Positions 1 through 8,700 of a DNA stretch of 64,000 nt are shown here, one piece after another. The notes under the pieces are model-generated. The model was not told the DNA's origin and made no database searches. It saw only the letters and a program-made list of their open reading frames with translations. The translations under genes were made by a program, and so were the position numbers. Position 1 is the stretch's first letter. Each line of letters begins with the position of its first letter. The DNA comes from a virus, in IMG/VR virus record IMGVR_UViG_3300037244_000020, positions 26,838 to 90,837 of that record; one strand, given 5' to 3'.

Positions 1-44
1 AGACGACGTAACCCTCAGCGGCGTGCTTGCACGTGGCGCAAGTT

Positions 45-317
45 TTACCAGTCTTCATTATCTTCCTCTGTTTGCATGTCGGCGCTCGGCTTGCCGTCTT
101 CCCAATTAATCTCGATCAACAACACATCGCTACCGGGGATGAGTATGTCGTTTCCGTTCTGGTGGAGCAGCCACAGCACATCAGCGTCGTGCGAGAAGCC
201 TTTAACCGTGCCGTACCCCTCGTTCTGCTTTGTGCAGACGCGAGCGGTATACTTGCGCCCGCTGTTTTGCTCGTCGGTCAGGATGCGGATTGCGTAATCT
301 ACTAGGGATGTGGTCAT
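45..317 (-). CDS. Hypothetical early protein, paralog of 1832-2101
   Basis: MTTSLVDYAIRILTDEQNSGR is nearly identical to MTTSLVEYAIRILTDEQNCGR; start overlaps the upstream stop. Confidence 0.75.
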   Translation of the reverse strand: MTTSLVDYAIRILTDEQNSGRKYTARVCTKQNEGYGTVKGFSHDADVLWLLHQNGNDILIPGSDVLLIEINWEDGKPSADMQTEEDNEDW

Positions 318-748
318 TTCGCGGCTTCCAAGACTTTCATATCAAACCCCTTGGCGACCAGCGCGTCGACTAAGGGCACGATCTCGGATTCGACGGCGAC
401 CGTCCAGCGCTGGCCGTCCCAAGTGTAGTTGTATTCCTCAGTGTCTCTACGCGCCTCAGCTTCCGTGGCGTCGGTCCAGCCGTTCTCACACAGATCCCCT
501 CGATCGCGACCGTAGTAGACAGTGCAGCCGTCGGCAGGTTTGGCGTAAGTGTGGCCCTCGGGCTTGTCGCAGCGACGCCCGAGTTGGCTCATGTTGCCAT
601 GCTCAAGTAGTGCGTCGACGCGCTCTTGCGTGTTGTAGCAGGCGAACAGGATCAGGCCGTTGCGGTTTATGTGGCCGTCGAAATGGCAGTACACCGATTT
701 CCAAGTGCCGTTGCTGAGTTTTGCGGTGATCGTGCTGCGTGTTGCCAT
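314..748 (-). CDS. Conserved phage hypothetical protein (YCHFDG motif)
   Basis: MATRSTI...SVYCHFDG; ATG at 748 downstream of the promoter at 857-897. Confidence 0.7.
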   Translation of the reverse strand: MATRSTITAKLSNGTWKSVYCHFDGHINRNGLILFACYNTQERVDALLEHGNMSQLGRRCDKPEGHTYAKPADGCTVYYGRDRGDLCENGWTDATEAEARRDTEEYNYTWDGQRWTVAVESEIVPLVDALVAKGFDMKVLEAAK

Positions 749-856
749 GATGTGTTCTCTGGGGTGTGCAACTACTAGATTAGGACGAGATGATGAGTAC
801 AAGGAGTGCAAGGGCGAAAGCGACAGCAACAAGCATCTTGTACCTCCGTGTTGTGT

Positions 857-897
857 TTCGATGTAGCTATTATGCAGAGGTTTTTAGTTCTGTGCAA
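857..897 (-). promoter_or_regulatory. Early sigma70-type promoter, copy 1
   Basis: Minus strand TTGCAC-N17-CATAAT-AGCTAC; motif recurs 5 times. Confidence 0.8.
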
Positions 898-927
898 CTG
901 TTAAAACGCTTTGCGCAGCGACTTTCG

Positions 928-1089
928 TCACACTCCCAAAATATCCACTTTCGTCTGCTGGCGCGACAATTCCCACAGTTCCGCGAGCAACTCGTCTGCT
1001 ACGCTGGCGCGTGGCTGTTCGCGCAATGCTGCTTGAATCTCCTGCTCGCGCATCCGCAGCGCTGCACTCACGCGTTCTTCAATGGTCAT
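928..1089 (-). CDS. Small hypothetical protein
   Basis: MTIEERVS..., coupled to the upstream stop. Confidence 0.5.
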   Translation of the reverse strand: MTIEERVSAALRMREQEIQAALREQPRASVADELLAELWELSRQQTKVDILGV

Positions 1090-1334
1090 GCTCGCTTCTC
1101 CTTTCCCACCAGCGCCAGGCGCTGGCGCTTTGACTGAAGGCTTTCGATCCATTCTACAGCCGGGCGCGTGCCTTGGAAGAACACCTTTTGATCGTCGCTC
1201 TCCTTCGGGATGCGGTGCACGCCTGCAGCGCGGTTATCGACATAGAGGACATCGTAATGGGTCGGACTCTCCCCGATAACCTCTACCAGGACCAGCCAGC
1301 CGTCACGCTTGGCGAGGATTGTGCCGTGGGTCAC
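1086..1334 (-). CDS. Small hypothetical protein
   Basis: Fills the gap between coupled genes; GTG start uncertain. Confidence 0.5.
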   Translation of the reverse strand: MTHGTILAKRDGWLVLVEVIGESPTHYDVLYVDNRAAGVHRIPKESDDQKVFFQGTRPAVEWIESLQSKRQRLALVGKEKRA

Positions 1335-1336
1335 GA

Positions 1337-1765
1337 TTACGCTTGCTCCGAAGGGCTGATGAGGGGAGCGAGCCAGTGCGACCCTTTGGGGCACTTCTCG
1401 TTACCCCATTTCTCCGCCGCGCTGGCGCCATTAAACGGTCCGAAATACTCGAAACCGCTGATCGGATTTCCGACGATAACGATAACTGGCGGCAGCTTCT
1501 CGGGGTGGCGCGCCTTTTTCGCAGTGTCCCGTGCGAGGTCCGTGTTGATGGGATAAGTGCTCAGAATCTCAACAACATCACCTAGCGCGATGCGCAGCCG
1601 CTCTGCTTCGATGAGGCTCTGTGGTATGCCGGACACGGGTTGAAGGGTCACAAGCATCCGATGATTTGTATTCTCTTTGCAATACTTACGGGCAGCCTCT
1701 GCACCCGCAAACGGTCCGTAATACTGATAGCCATTTGCGGGGGTACCGTCTATGATGATTTTCAT
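1337..1765 (-). CDS. Hypothetical protein with two internal repeats
   Basis: IIIDGTPANGYQYYGPF and VIVGNPISGFEYFGPF; SD AAGGA. Confidence 0.7.
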   Translation of the reverse strand: MKIIIDGTPANGYQYYGPFAGAEAARKYCKENTNHRMLVTLQPVSGIPQSLIEAERLRIALGDVVEILSTYPINTDLARDTAKKARHPEKLPPVIVIVGNPISGFEYFGPFNGASAAEKWGNEKCPKGSHWLAPLISPSEQA

Positions 1766-1831
1766 TTGTGATTCCTTGTCAGTGGGGCTATTTCGCAGCG
1801 TTTAGCGGCATGTTTGCACGTATTGCAAGTC

Positions 1832-2101
1832 TTAGTCGTCTTCATCGACTTCTCCTGTCGGATGCTTGCTCGGCTCGCCATCTTTCCACTGGATCTCGAT
1901 CATCTCGACTGCGCTGCCCGGAGTGATCAAGTCATTTCCGTTCGCGGTGCGCAGCCAAAGCACGTCGGCATCCCGTGAGAATCCCTCGACCGTGCCGTCT
2001 ACCGTGCACAATTTCGTGGCGACGCGAACGGTATATTCGCGGCCGCAGTTTTGCTCGTCGGTCAGGATGCGGATGGCGTACTCTACTAGGGAGGTGGTCA
2101 T
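1832..2101 (-). CDS. Hypothetical early protein, paralog of 45-317
   Basis: High similarity to the ORF at 45-317. Confidence 0.75.
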   Translation of the reverse strand: MTTSLVEYAIRILTDEQNCGREYTVRVATKLCTVDGTVEGFSRDADVLWLRTANGNDLITPGSAVEMIEIQWKDGEPSKHPTGEVDEDD

Positions 2102-2159
2102 GGTGTTTTGTTCCGTGTTCGGTTTCGATAAGGCGTTATCGAAATGTCAAAATATACGT

Positions 2160-2789
2160 CTAAACTAGGCCAGCTCCTCTCAGGTCCGCGCTGCTCAGGT
2201 CCGCGTAGCGCAGGTCCGCGCTGCTCAGGTTTGCGCCTTCCAGGTCCGCGTAGCTCAGGTCCGCGTAGCTCAGGTCCGCGCTGCTCAGGTTTGCGCCTTC
2301 CAGGTCCGCGTAGCTCAGGTCCGCGTAGCTCAGGTCCGCGTAGCGCAGGTCCGCGCCTCTCAGGTTTGCGCTGCTCAGGTCCGCGTAGCGCAGGTTTGCG
2401 CTGCTCAGGTCCGCGTAGCGCAGGTCCGCGCCTCTCAGGTTTGCGCCTTCCAGGTCCGCGTAGCGCAGGTCCGCGTAGCTCAGGTTTGCGTAGCGCAGGT
2501 TTGCGTAGCGCAGGTTTGCGTAGCTCAGGTTTGCGTAGCTCAGGTTTGCGTAGCTCAGGTTTGCGTAGCTCAGGTCCGCGTAGCTCAGGTTTGCGTAGCG
2601 CAGGTTTGCGTAGCGCAGGTTTGCGTAGCTCAGGTTTGCGTAGCTCAGGCCAGCTCCTCTCAGGTTTGCTCCTTCCAGGTCCGCGCCTTTTGCCACCGCA
2701 GCACCCGCTGTTACCGCTTCGGTATTGTTCGGGGCCTCGTGGCTGAACAAAACTTCTTGCGTCGTTCTATGTTTAATTTCGATTTTCAT
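2160..2789 (-). CDS. Pentapeptide-repeat protein (A[D/N]LXX)
   Basis: More than 30 [15 protein letters not shown] units encoded by 15-bp tandem repeats. Confidence 0.9.
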   Translation of the reverse strand: MKIEIKHRTTQEVLFSHEAPNNTEAVTAGAAVAKGADLEGANLRGAGLSYANLSYANLRYANLRYANLSYADLSYANLSYANLSYANLSYANLRYANLRYANLSYADLRYADLEGANLRGADLRYADLSSANLRYADLSSANLRGADLRYADLSYADLSYADLEGANLSSADLSYADLSYADLEGANLSSADLRYADLSSADLRGAGLV

Positions 2790-2853
2790 AGTTATCTCAG
2801 TACTGTTCTTTCAACGCATCGCGATAAGACGTTACCGCAATGACAAAGTTCGG

Positions 2854-2895
2854 TTTCGATGTAGCTATTATTCCGTACTTTTTAGTTTTGTGCAA
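2854..2895 (-). promoter_or_regulatory. Early promoter, copy 2
   Basis: TTGCAC-N17-AATAAT-AGCTAC. Confidence 0.8.
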
Positions 2896-2931
2896 TCTTT
2901 AAATCGCTTTGTAGAGAGGATTGGCGCAGCG

Positions 2932-3546
2932 TTAGATGTCCACCATTTCCGGGGAAAACTCCAGGGGCGTGGCTTGAACGCCTCGAATCGGTTCTGCGCC
3001 CAGGGCTACCATGCTCTGCCCCTTTGGAAGCGCAGCCTTCGGTTTCTGTGCCGTATCGGCAGGTTCTGGTGCGGTGCCGCCTAGAGCCTTGATCGCAGCA
3101 TCAATCCTCTCGCGCTCGGTCGTCAGCCAGCCAATCTGCAGCGTTCTAATCATCGTCTCTGACGGCGGCCACTCTTCCGACTCGATCGCGGGAAGCATCA
3201 CGGCGCGCAGCCACCTATGGAAGTGGATAGCAGGGCCGTAGGCGGCTTCGGACCAGTCGTCGGTACGTGAGGCAGGGGTAGCGGCGAAGAGGCCCTCACG
3301 GGTCACGCATTTGCGCGGGTAACGCTTCCCGGCGAAGGGGAGAGTGCGAATCTCTACTTCGTCGCATGTGGGGCGCATGCGATCAGGGCATTCATACAGC
3401 AGCGCTTGCGCCAGTTCGGTGAACGGGAAGAAGAATTCGCCATCACAGCGTACGGCGGTCACGGGGTGAGTGTGCCCGTCATGGGCGGGGTAAGTGAGTG
3501 TGAGGGTGTCGGAGGGGGTGATCATGGTTTCTTGGGTGGGCCTCAT
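2932..3546 (-). CDS. Bro-N/antirepressor-like DNA-binding protein
   Basis: DGEFFFPFTELAQAL, VTREGLF, FHRWLRAVMLPAI resemble Bro-N. Confidence 0.65.
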   Translation of the reverse strand: MRPTQETMITPSDTLTLTYPAHDGHTHPVTAVRCDGEFFFPFTELAQALLYECPDRMRPTCDEVEIRTLPFAGKRYPRKCVTREGLFAATPASRTDDWSEAAYGPAIHFHRWLRAVMLPAIESEEWPPSETMIRTLQIGWLTTERERIDAAIKALGGTAPEPADTAQKPKAALPKGQSMVALGAEPIRGVQATPLEFSPEMVDI

Positions 3547-3896
3547 TCCGGGGTACCTACGAGGATCATGGATTTGCAGCCAAGGGCGACTACTTCGAAT
3601 TCCGAGAGTTTGCGCGCCTTTTGATCAGGCTTGAGCTTGGCGCCGTACGTGATCAGGATGCGGACACCTTCCTCAGTGACGACACCCCAGGCGGTCGCGC
3701 CTCGCACACCTCGGACATAGGTTAGACAGGGCCACTTCCCAGAGACGCCACTAGCGCTACTCTGAGAGTAGCCTAGCCAGCGCGCGATATCAGAGGCGAC
3801 AAAAATCAACTGCCCGCCTGCCAGCGCGCATCGTATCTGTCCAGGGCCGTCCTTAAAGACGTAGGGCACGCTCATGAACTCGGGGATGTCACGCAT
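3543..3896 (-). CDS. Bro-N-like protein
   Basis: FVASDIARWLGYS...VVTEEGV. Confidence 0.65.
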   Translation of the reverse strand: MRDIPEFMSVPYVFKDGPGQIRCALAGGQLIFVASDIARWLGYSQSSASGVSGKWPCLTYVRGVRGATAWGVVTEEGVRILITYGAKLKPDQKARKLSEFEVVALGCKSMILVGTPE

Positions 3897-4716
3897 GAGC
3901 GGTCTCCACTCGGCTCGTCTTGGCTTTCTGGTCAGCGCGCCACTTACGGGCGCGTTCTATAGCTTTGAGGCGGCGGTCTTCGGCGCGTGCCGGGGCCGTC
4001 TTCGCACTTCTGATCTTGCGCAGTTCCCCCTTTATGGCGAGGATTTCGGCTCTCTTCTCTCGCTCGATAGCCCGTGCCTGCTCATCGGCTTTGACATCTT
4101 CAGCGATCAGTAACCAGGTGGGCGGCTTTTTCGGCGCGTTTAGGCGGTCAAGCCTCGCTTGCATGCGTCTGGACCGGGGGATCTGGTCAACAGGCACCTC
4201 AAGACTCCAGTACTTGTGGCGCGACTGCCCCCGGCGATCCCGCTCGCGGGCTAGCTGAAGTACGCAGTCCTCGGGGGACTGTGCGTCAGGGTCGTTCAGC
4301 GCTTTGCCACTTTCCCAGTAGATACGCAGTGTCAGGTACGCGATGCGTTCGTCCATCTGCAGGAAGTTTTCCGCAGCTTCTTCGGCGTGGCGTTGTAGGT
4401 GTTCGTATTGGTCAGTATCGTACGCCGCGTTTGCCAGTTTCTGGCGCTGCAGCGCATGACCCCAAGACACGTCCTTCTTTACCCTGGCCTTCGCACGGCG
4501 TACGTAGAGGGAGGGGCTTACTTTGCTGGACATGCGCGTTCCTTGCCCTGTGACGATGGGCCTTGGCAGGCCCTGCATAAGGTCAGGGGGCCTTTGCAGG
4601 CCGCCCATCGTCACAGGACCCTTATGTTTAGCTTGTTCCCTGTGTATCTGCCAAGATTTGCAGGGGGCTTTAAGGTTCGCAGCGCTTTGCACGCCGCGTT
4701 CGGAAAGGTAGGCCAA
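3889..4716 (-). CDS. Hypothetical basic protein (start uncertain, possibly 4533)
   Basis: Long ORF coupled to the downstream Bro-N genes. Confidence 0.55.
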   Translation of the reverse strand: MAYLSERGVQSAANLKAPCKSWQIHREQAKHKGPVTMGGLQRPPDLMQGLPRPIVTGQGTRMSSKVSPSLYVRRAKARVKKDVSWGHALQRQKLANAAYDTDQYEHLQRHAEEAAENFLQMDERIAYLTLRIYWESGKALNDPDAQSPEDCVLQLARERDRRGQSRHKYWSLEVPVDQIPRSRRMQARLDRLNAPKKPPTWLLIAEDVKADEQARAIEREKRAEILAIKGELRKIRSAKTAPARAEDRRLKAIERARKWRADQKAKTSRVETAHA

Positions 4717-4755
4717 TCTCAGCGATTTGTCAATACCTCCCGCAGCGACTGACCG

Positions 4756-4902
4756 ACCGTACGCAGAGCTACCCCCCCCGGCGGAAACCCCCAGGTTGGG
4801 ACTTTGTTAGTCACTTTTGTACAGAGAGATATCTTATACAAAAGTAACTAACATTCTTCTTCCCTGCGAGTTTCCTTCTGGGGGGGTGCCTTTGCGTACG
4901 GT
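4756..4902. repeat. ~147-bp imperfect inverted repeat
   Basis: ACCGTACGCA...TGCGTACGGT, CCCCCCC...GGGGGGG, TGTTAGTCACTTTTGTA...TACAAAAGTAACTAACA, centred near AGATATCT. Confidence 0.8.
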
Positions 4903-4968
4903 AAATAACTCCAATAAATTCAACTACTTATAAGTGCACTTTTTTGGTGCACTAGCAATGACAAGTAG

Positions 4969-5410
4969 TTAGCTGCATTCAATGTAGGCTAATGCCTATT
5001 TTTTAAGCACCGCTGCCTAATTTTTAAGCATTAGCCTACATTGAACGTAGCTAGGTTTTGCCTATTTTTTAAGCATTAGCCTACATCAATGTAGGCTAAT
5101 TCGGGTTTAGCCTACATTGATGTAGGCTAATTTAGGGTTAGCTGCATTCAATGTAGGCTAGTTTCCTTACAAAGCTGAGAGAGGCTCCCGAACGCCGTTG
5201 TAAGGAAACTCATGAGTGGCGTGAAAACAACGGGTTTTTAGCTGCACTCAATGTAGGCTAATGCCCGATTAGCCTACGTCAATGTAGGCTAATGCCTATT
5301 TTTTAAGCAAAAGCTAGCCTACGTCAATGTAGGCTAATGCCTATTTTTTAAGCAGGTGAGCGGAAAGCGTGCCTATTTTTTAGGCATTAGCCTACATTGA
5401 ATGCAGCTAA
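4969..5410. repeat. Iteron-like array of two interleaved motifs (candidate origin or protein-binding platform)
   Basis: About 9 copies of the quasi-palindrome TAGCCTACATCAATGTAGGCTA and 6 copies of TGCCTATTTTTTAAGCA. Confidence 0.85.
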
Positions 5411-5598
5411 AAACTCCGAGTTGCGTCAGACGAACGCTGAAAAAATATGAAAAATATTTGGGCAACCTGCGAACAACCAGCCGAAAAAGAGGCCAGTGAA
5501 GAAAACCCCGCCCGTTGTCAAGAGACTTTCTTTGGTTGTCTCTGCGTCTTTCGGGAAGAGGAAGAGCGGTTTGTGGTGTTTGTGTTTGTGGTGCATGG

Positions 5599-5787
5599 TT
5601 AGACCTCCGCCAATTTCTTGCTGTATGTGAAGAGGCGGTAGCTGCCGGATAGCTCGACAAACACAGGGAACTCTCCGACACGCGCGGGACGATGAACGTC
5701 TCGGCTGTATCTCGGCTTATCTACGCTGCCTACCAATTTGTTTTCTGCGGGGTTCCACTCTTTGCTGTCCACTGTCTTGACTGTCAT
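5599..5787 (-). CDS. Small hypothetical protein
   Basis: Preceded by the repeated leader CAACTGGAGAAAACGAG-ATG. Confidence 0.65.
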   Translation of the reverse strand: MTVKTVDSKEWNPAENKLVGSVDKPRYSRDVHRPARVGEFPVFVELSGSYRLFTYSKKLAEV

Positions 5788-5810
5788 CTCGTTTTCTCCA
5801 GTTGGTTCGG

Positions 5811-6338
5811 TTAGATGGCTGCAGACTTGCGCTTGCCTTTCTCAAAGGCGCGCTCTAACGCACGTTGCACGCTCAAGGCGTTGACCGTGAAAATTACGAC
5901 GTGAGCGCCGCGCTTGCCTTTAATTTCCACGACGCTGTTTTCGACGGACTCCACGACGCATTTCGTGTTGAGTTTGTAATCGCTGAAGACGAGAGATCCT
6001 AAGACCGTACCCGGCTTCAGGTTCAACGCTGCTTCAGCGTCAGCCAGTCGTTTCGCAGCGGCGCGAGCGTCGATCACTTGGCGTGCGTAATAGACCTCAT
6101 AGCCGAAGTCGCCACCCTCTACGTTGGAGCGGTTCCGTGCTGCGTCTTCCGGCCGCAAGTAGTCGCCGAAGTCTGCCTTGACGAAAGCCTTAACTTCGCT
6201 GCTGTAGAACAGGCCGGAGTCAAGCGCCTGCTGCGTGGCGTCGATTAAGCGCTGTTCGTGGGCGACTGGCTCACGGTGTCCGGCTGCGATCGGGACCCAA
6301 GTCGTGTATGCGTCGTCTGATAGTGGGTAATGGGTCAT
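5811..6338 (-). CDS. Hypothetical protein
   Basis: 175-aa ORF with the same repeated leader. Confidence 0.75.
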   Translation of the reverse strand: MTHYPLSDDAYTTWVPIAAGHREPVAHEQRLIDATQQALDSGLFYSSEVKAFVKADFGDYLRPEDAARNRSNVEGGDFGYEVYYARQVIDARAAAKRLADAEAALNLKPGTVLGSLVFSDYKLNTKCVVESVENSVVEIKGKRGAHVVIFTVNALSVQRALERAFEKGKRKSAAI

Positions 6339-6361
6339 CTCGTTTTCTCCAGTTGGTTCGG

Positions 6362-6553
6362 TTATTCGGTCGCTGCGATCGCGTCCCGCATTTCGTTGTA
6401 ATCCATCGCGCGTACCTCGATCATTACCGCGATACGTTCCTCAAGACCGGCGACACCTTGCAAGCGGCGTTGCATCAATTCCGCGCGCATCGCTGCAGCT
6501 TGCGGAACTATCCAGTTACAGTCTTGGCGGGTACGTTCGTTAATCCGGGTCAT
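6362..6553 (-). CDS. Small hypothetical protein
   Basis: MTRINER..., same leader, directly after a promoter. Confidence 0.65.
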   Translation of the reverse strand: MTRINERTRQDCNWIVPQAAAMRAELMQRRLQGVAGLEERIAVMIEVRAMDYNEMRDAIAATE

Positions 6554-6569
6554 CTCGTTTTCTCCAGTT

Positions 6570-6607
6570 GATGAAGCTATTATATACGGCTTCCTAGTTT
6601 TGTGCAA
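6570..6607 (-). promoter_or_regulatory. Early promoter, copy 3
   Basis: TTGCAC-N17-TATAAT-AGCT. Confidence 0.85.
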
Positions 6608-6855
6608 CAACTAGTTACCTTAAATATGGGCGGCTCCCTTGACTCCCGCCTAGCACAAAACGACACTCTCCGCATTATGGACATTTTCGCGAACGTTCCC
6701 CCTTTGTTTGACGACGGTCAAGACCTGTATAGGGTCCTGACGCCGTCCGACGCTATGAACTGGCACAGTGAAGCGTTTCCGGTCTACAATCCGGGCATAT
6801 CGCGCGCTGTACGTCTGCTGCATCGCGCCCTAGCCATTCTAAGGAGCGCTCCTCA

Positions 6856-7137
6856 ATGATTACTGCGCCGCCGCGCAAGCTGGTTTCCCGTGTCGCGAAG
6901 AAGACAGGTTTGAAGATGGAATACGTGCGGGACGTGCTCGTCGCAGCCTTTGAACAGATCAAGGATGAAGCTGCAACAGGGTCTATCATGATTCGCGGCT
7001 TCGGCACGTTTCATACAGCGACGCGCGCTGGATGTGTTCGCCCGTCGCCGTCTGACACGTCGAAAATTATCGAGGTGCCGTCGACCAGGCGGCTTACGCT
7101 GAGGTCGCCTTCGGATCGGATTGAAGAGGATGAGTGA
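6856..7137 (+). CDS. HU/IHF-like DNA-binding protein
   Basis: LVSRVAKKTGL...IRGFGTF...R..G..P..IIEVP; SD AAGGAG. Confidence 0.75.
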   Translation: MITAPPRKLVSRVAKKTGLKMEYVRDVLVAAFEQIKDEAATGSIMIRGFGTFHTATRAGCVRPSPSDTSKIIEVPSTRRLTLRSPSDRIEEDE

Positions 7138-7140
7138 GGG

Positions 7141-7722
7141 TTAGCCGTAAGCGCAGGGTGTGAACGCGTCGGCAACCTTTTCAGAGCGCCGTGGCATGAT
7201 GACGCAGAACGCCGTGCAATCCGGGCCGTGCATGACGCCGCTGCCGTCATACGTGCGTAACTCGGTGTTGGGTTTGCTGTCATGCCACGTCTGTATGGCC
7301 TTTTCGGCGTCCGCAATGTAGCTCCAATTGAATTGGAGCGCGTCTTGCTGTATGCGTTTCGTGGGGATAACACGGCGCCAGTCAGGAAATTTGCCGTCGA
7401 TCGGTGTGAAAATTGGGTCGCCTAAGCTGTAACGCCCGTCGGGCATTGCTGATAGCGTGATGTCTCCCTTACCTTTGACAGCTGTCTTTACCGTGTCAGA
7501 CGGCACGATAATAGAGAACGGGCCTTTCTGCGGGGTGTCAGTCCAGCGCGCAATCGCCGCCGGAATCAAGCCGCAAAACATACGATGTCCATCCGTCGCG
7601 ACGATGTGGATATCCCCGGATGCCGTGAATTCAAGAAGAACGCCGTTAAGGTAATAGCGAATGTCTTTTACTGCTGCATGAGAGAGTGCCGCGCGAAGTT
7701 GGGATTTAGTGAATGTGATCAT
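7141..7722 (-). CDS. DNA polymerase III beta-clamp-like protein (partial, 193 aa)
   Basis: DIRYYLNGV, VATDGHR, GKFPDWRRVIP, VIMP motifs of DnaN. Confidence 0.75.
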   Translation of the reverse strand: MITFTKSQLRAALSHAAVKDIRYYLNGVLLEFTASGDIHIVATDGHRMFCGLIPAAIARWTDTPQKGPFSIIVPSDTVKTAVKGKGDITLSAMPDGRYSLGDPIFTPIDGKFPDWRRVIPTKRIQQDALQFNWSYIADAEKAIQTWHDSKPNTELRTYDGSGVMHGPDCTAFCVIMPRRSEKVADAFTPCAYG

Positions 7723-7726
7723 TTGG

Positions 7727-7876
7727 TTACTCTGCGTCACAAGCAGCAAGAAACCGCTGCAGGGTGTAATGGTCGGAAAAGCCGCGAATCTTGCTCACGT
7801 TGATCGCGGCTTGTTTTCTTTCGGATCGCGTCTCGATAGACAGGATCTCGCGAGCGATGAGGGTGAATCGGTTCAT
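7727..7876 (-). CDS. Small hypothetical protein (49 aa, RFLAAC)
   Basis: Read manually; ATG overlaps the upstream stop. Confidence 0.45.
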   Translation of the reverse strand: MNRFTLIAREILSIETRSERKQAAINVSKIRGFSDHYTLQRFLAACDAE

Positions 7877-8139
7877 TCGGCGAAGCTAGCGCGGTACTGG
7901 TCGCGCGGTTCGTCATACACAAAGACATAACCGTCTTTCGTGCCCCCAGCAATCCAGGACTTGCCGTAATCGTCCCATCCGAGCTCGCGAACAAGCGCCA
8001 TCGCTGCGGCTGCATGGACATCCTGCCCGCTTAATTCGTGCGGGTAGGAAATGGTGATCGAGCCAGCTTCGCACGTCGCTTTGATGCGCGAACCCTTCGT
8101 GTTGGTTGCTGAGATGTACTTGGTGGTGATTGCTTGCAT
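7873..8139 (-). CDS. Conserved phage hypothetical protein
   Basis: MQAITTKYISATNTKGSRIKA; SD AAGGA; follows a promoter. Confidence 0.75.
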   Translation of the reverse strand: MQAITTKYISATNTKGSRIKATCEAGSITISYPHELSGQDVHAAAAMALVRELGWDDYGKSWIAGGTKDGYVFVYDEPRDQYRASFAE

Positions 8140-8162
8140 GATGTTTGTTCCTTGTTTCTGGA

Positions 8163-8203
8163 TTCGATGTAGCTATTATGCCTGGGTTTATAGTTTTGTG
8201 CAA
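8163..8203 (-). promoter_or_regulatory. Early promoter, copy 4
   Basis: TTGCAC-N17-CATAAT-AGCTAC. Confidence 0.8.
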
Positions 8204-8336
8204 GAACTATTTGCAGCTTGCCGTGTGATCGTAAAAGCCTGTCACGCTGGGGAAGTCTTGGTAAAAATCCCAGGCAGCGTGGATTGTGACGATAACGGCG
8301 ATGTAGATGATGAGTGCGCGCATTTTAAATCTCGGG

Positions 8337-8389
8337 TTAAACAACAAACCCGGGCGCCCTGGTGTCAAGGCGCAATCGTTTGATGTTTA
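8337..8389 (-). repeat. Intergenic hairpin repeat, copy 1
   Basis: Near-identical to 8701-8753; outer stem with inner GCGCC/GGCGC. Confidence 0.7.
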
Positions 8390-8680
8390 CTTCACGTCAA
8401 CTGATACTTTTGCCAAGAAGCCCGTGGTGTCTATCTCTACATTGGGGGGCAGACGGTCCAGCCGGAGCCAAGCATCCCCGCCTAAAATGTCTCGGCGAAT
8501 GCGCGCCAGCATCCCCGGAAACATATCACTGTTTGCGTAGCCGCCGAATTTCGGGTGCTGGCGTGCAGCAGCCATATCGACGTGTGTCCGCTTGATCTCA
8601 GGGACGACCACGTATTGATATAGTGGCGTGTCGTCGACACTGAACATTGTTTGCAGTTTGGCTTTAAATTCGATTTTCAT
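8387..8680 (-). CDS. Hypothetical protein
   Basis: 97-aa ORF flanked by the hairpin repeats. Confidence 0.7.
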   Translation of the reverse strand: MKIEFKAKLQTMFSVDDTPLYQYVVVPEIKRTHVDMAAARQHPKFGGYANSDMFPGMLARIRRDILGGDAWLRLDRLPPNVEIDTTGFLAKVSVDVK

Positions 8681-8700
8681 TTCGTTCTTCCCGTGTTTCG

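Noticed and set aside
2144-2746. Plus-strand SGPR/SGLR repeat ORF
   Set aside because: Antisense reading of the pentapeptide repeats.
4969-5410. CRISPR array
   Set aside because: Repeats are in mixed orientation with irregular short gaps, there are no unique ~30-nt spacers, and no cas genes are present.
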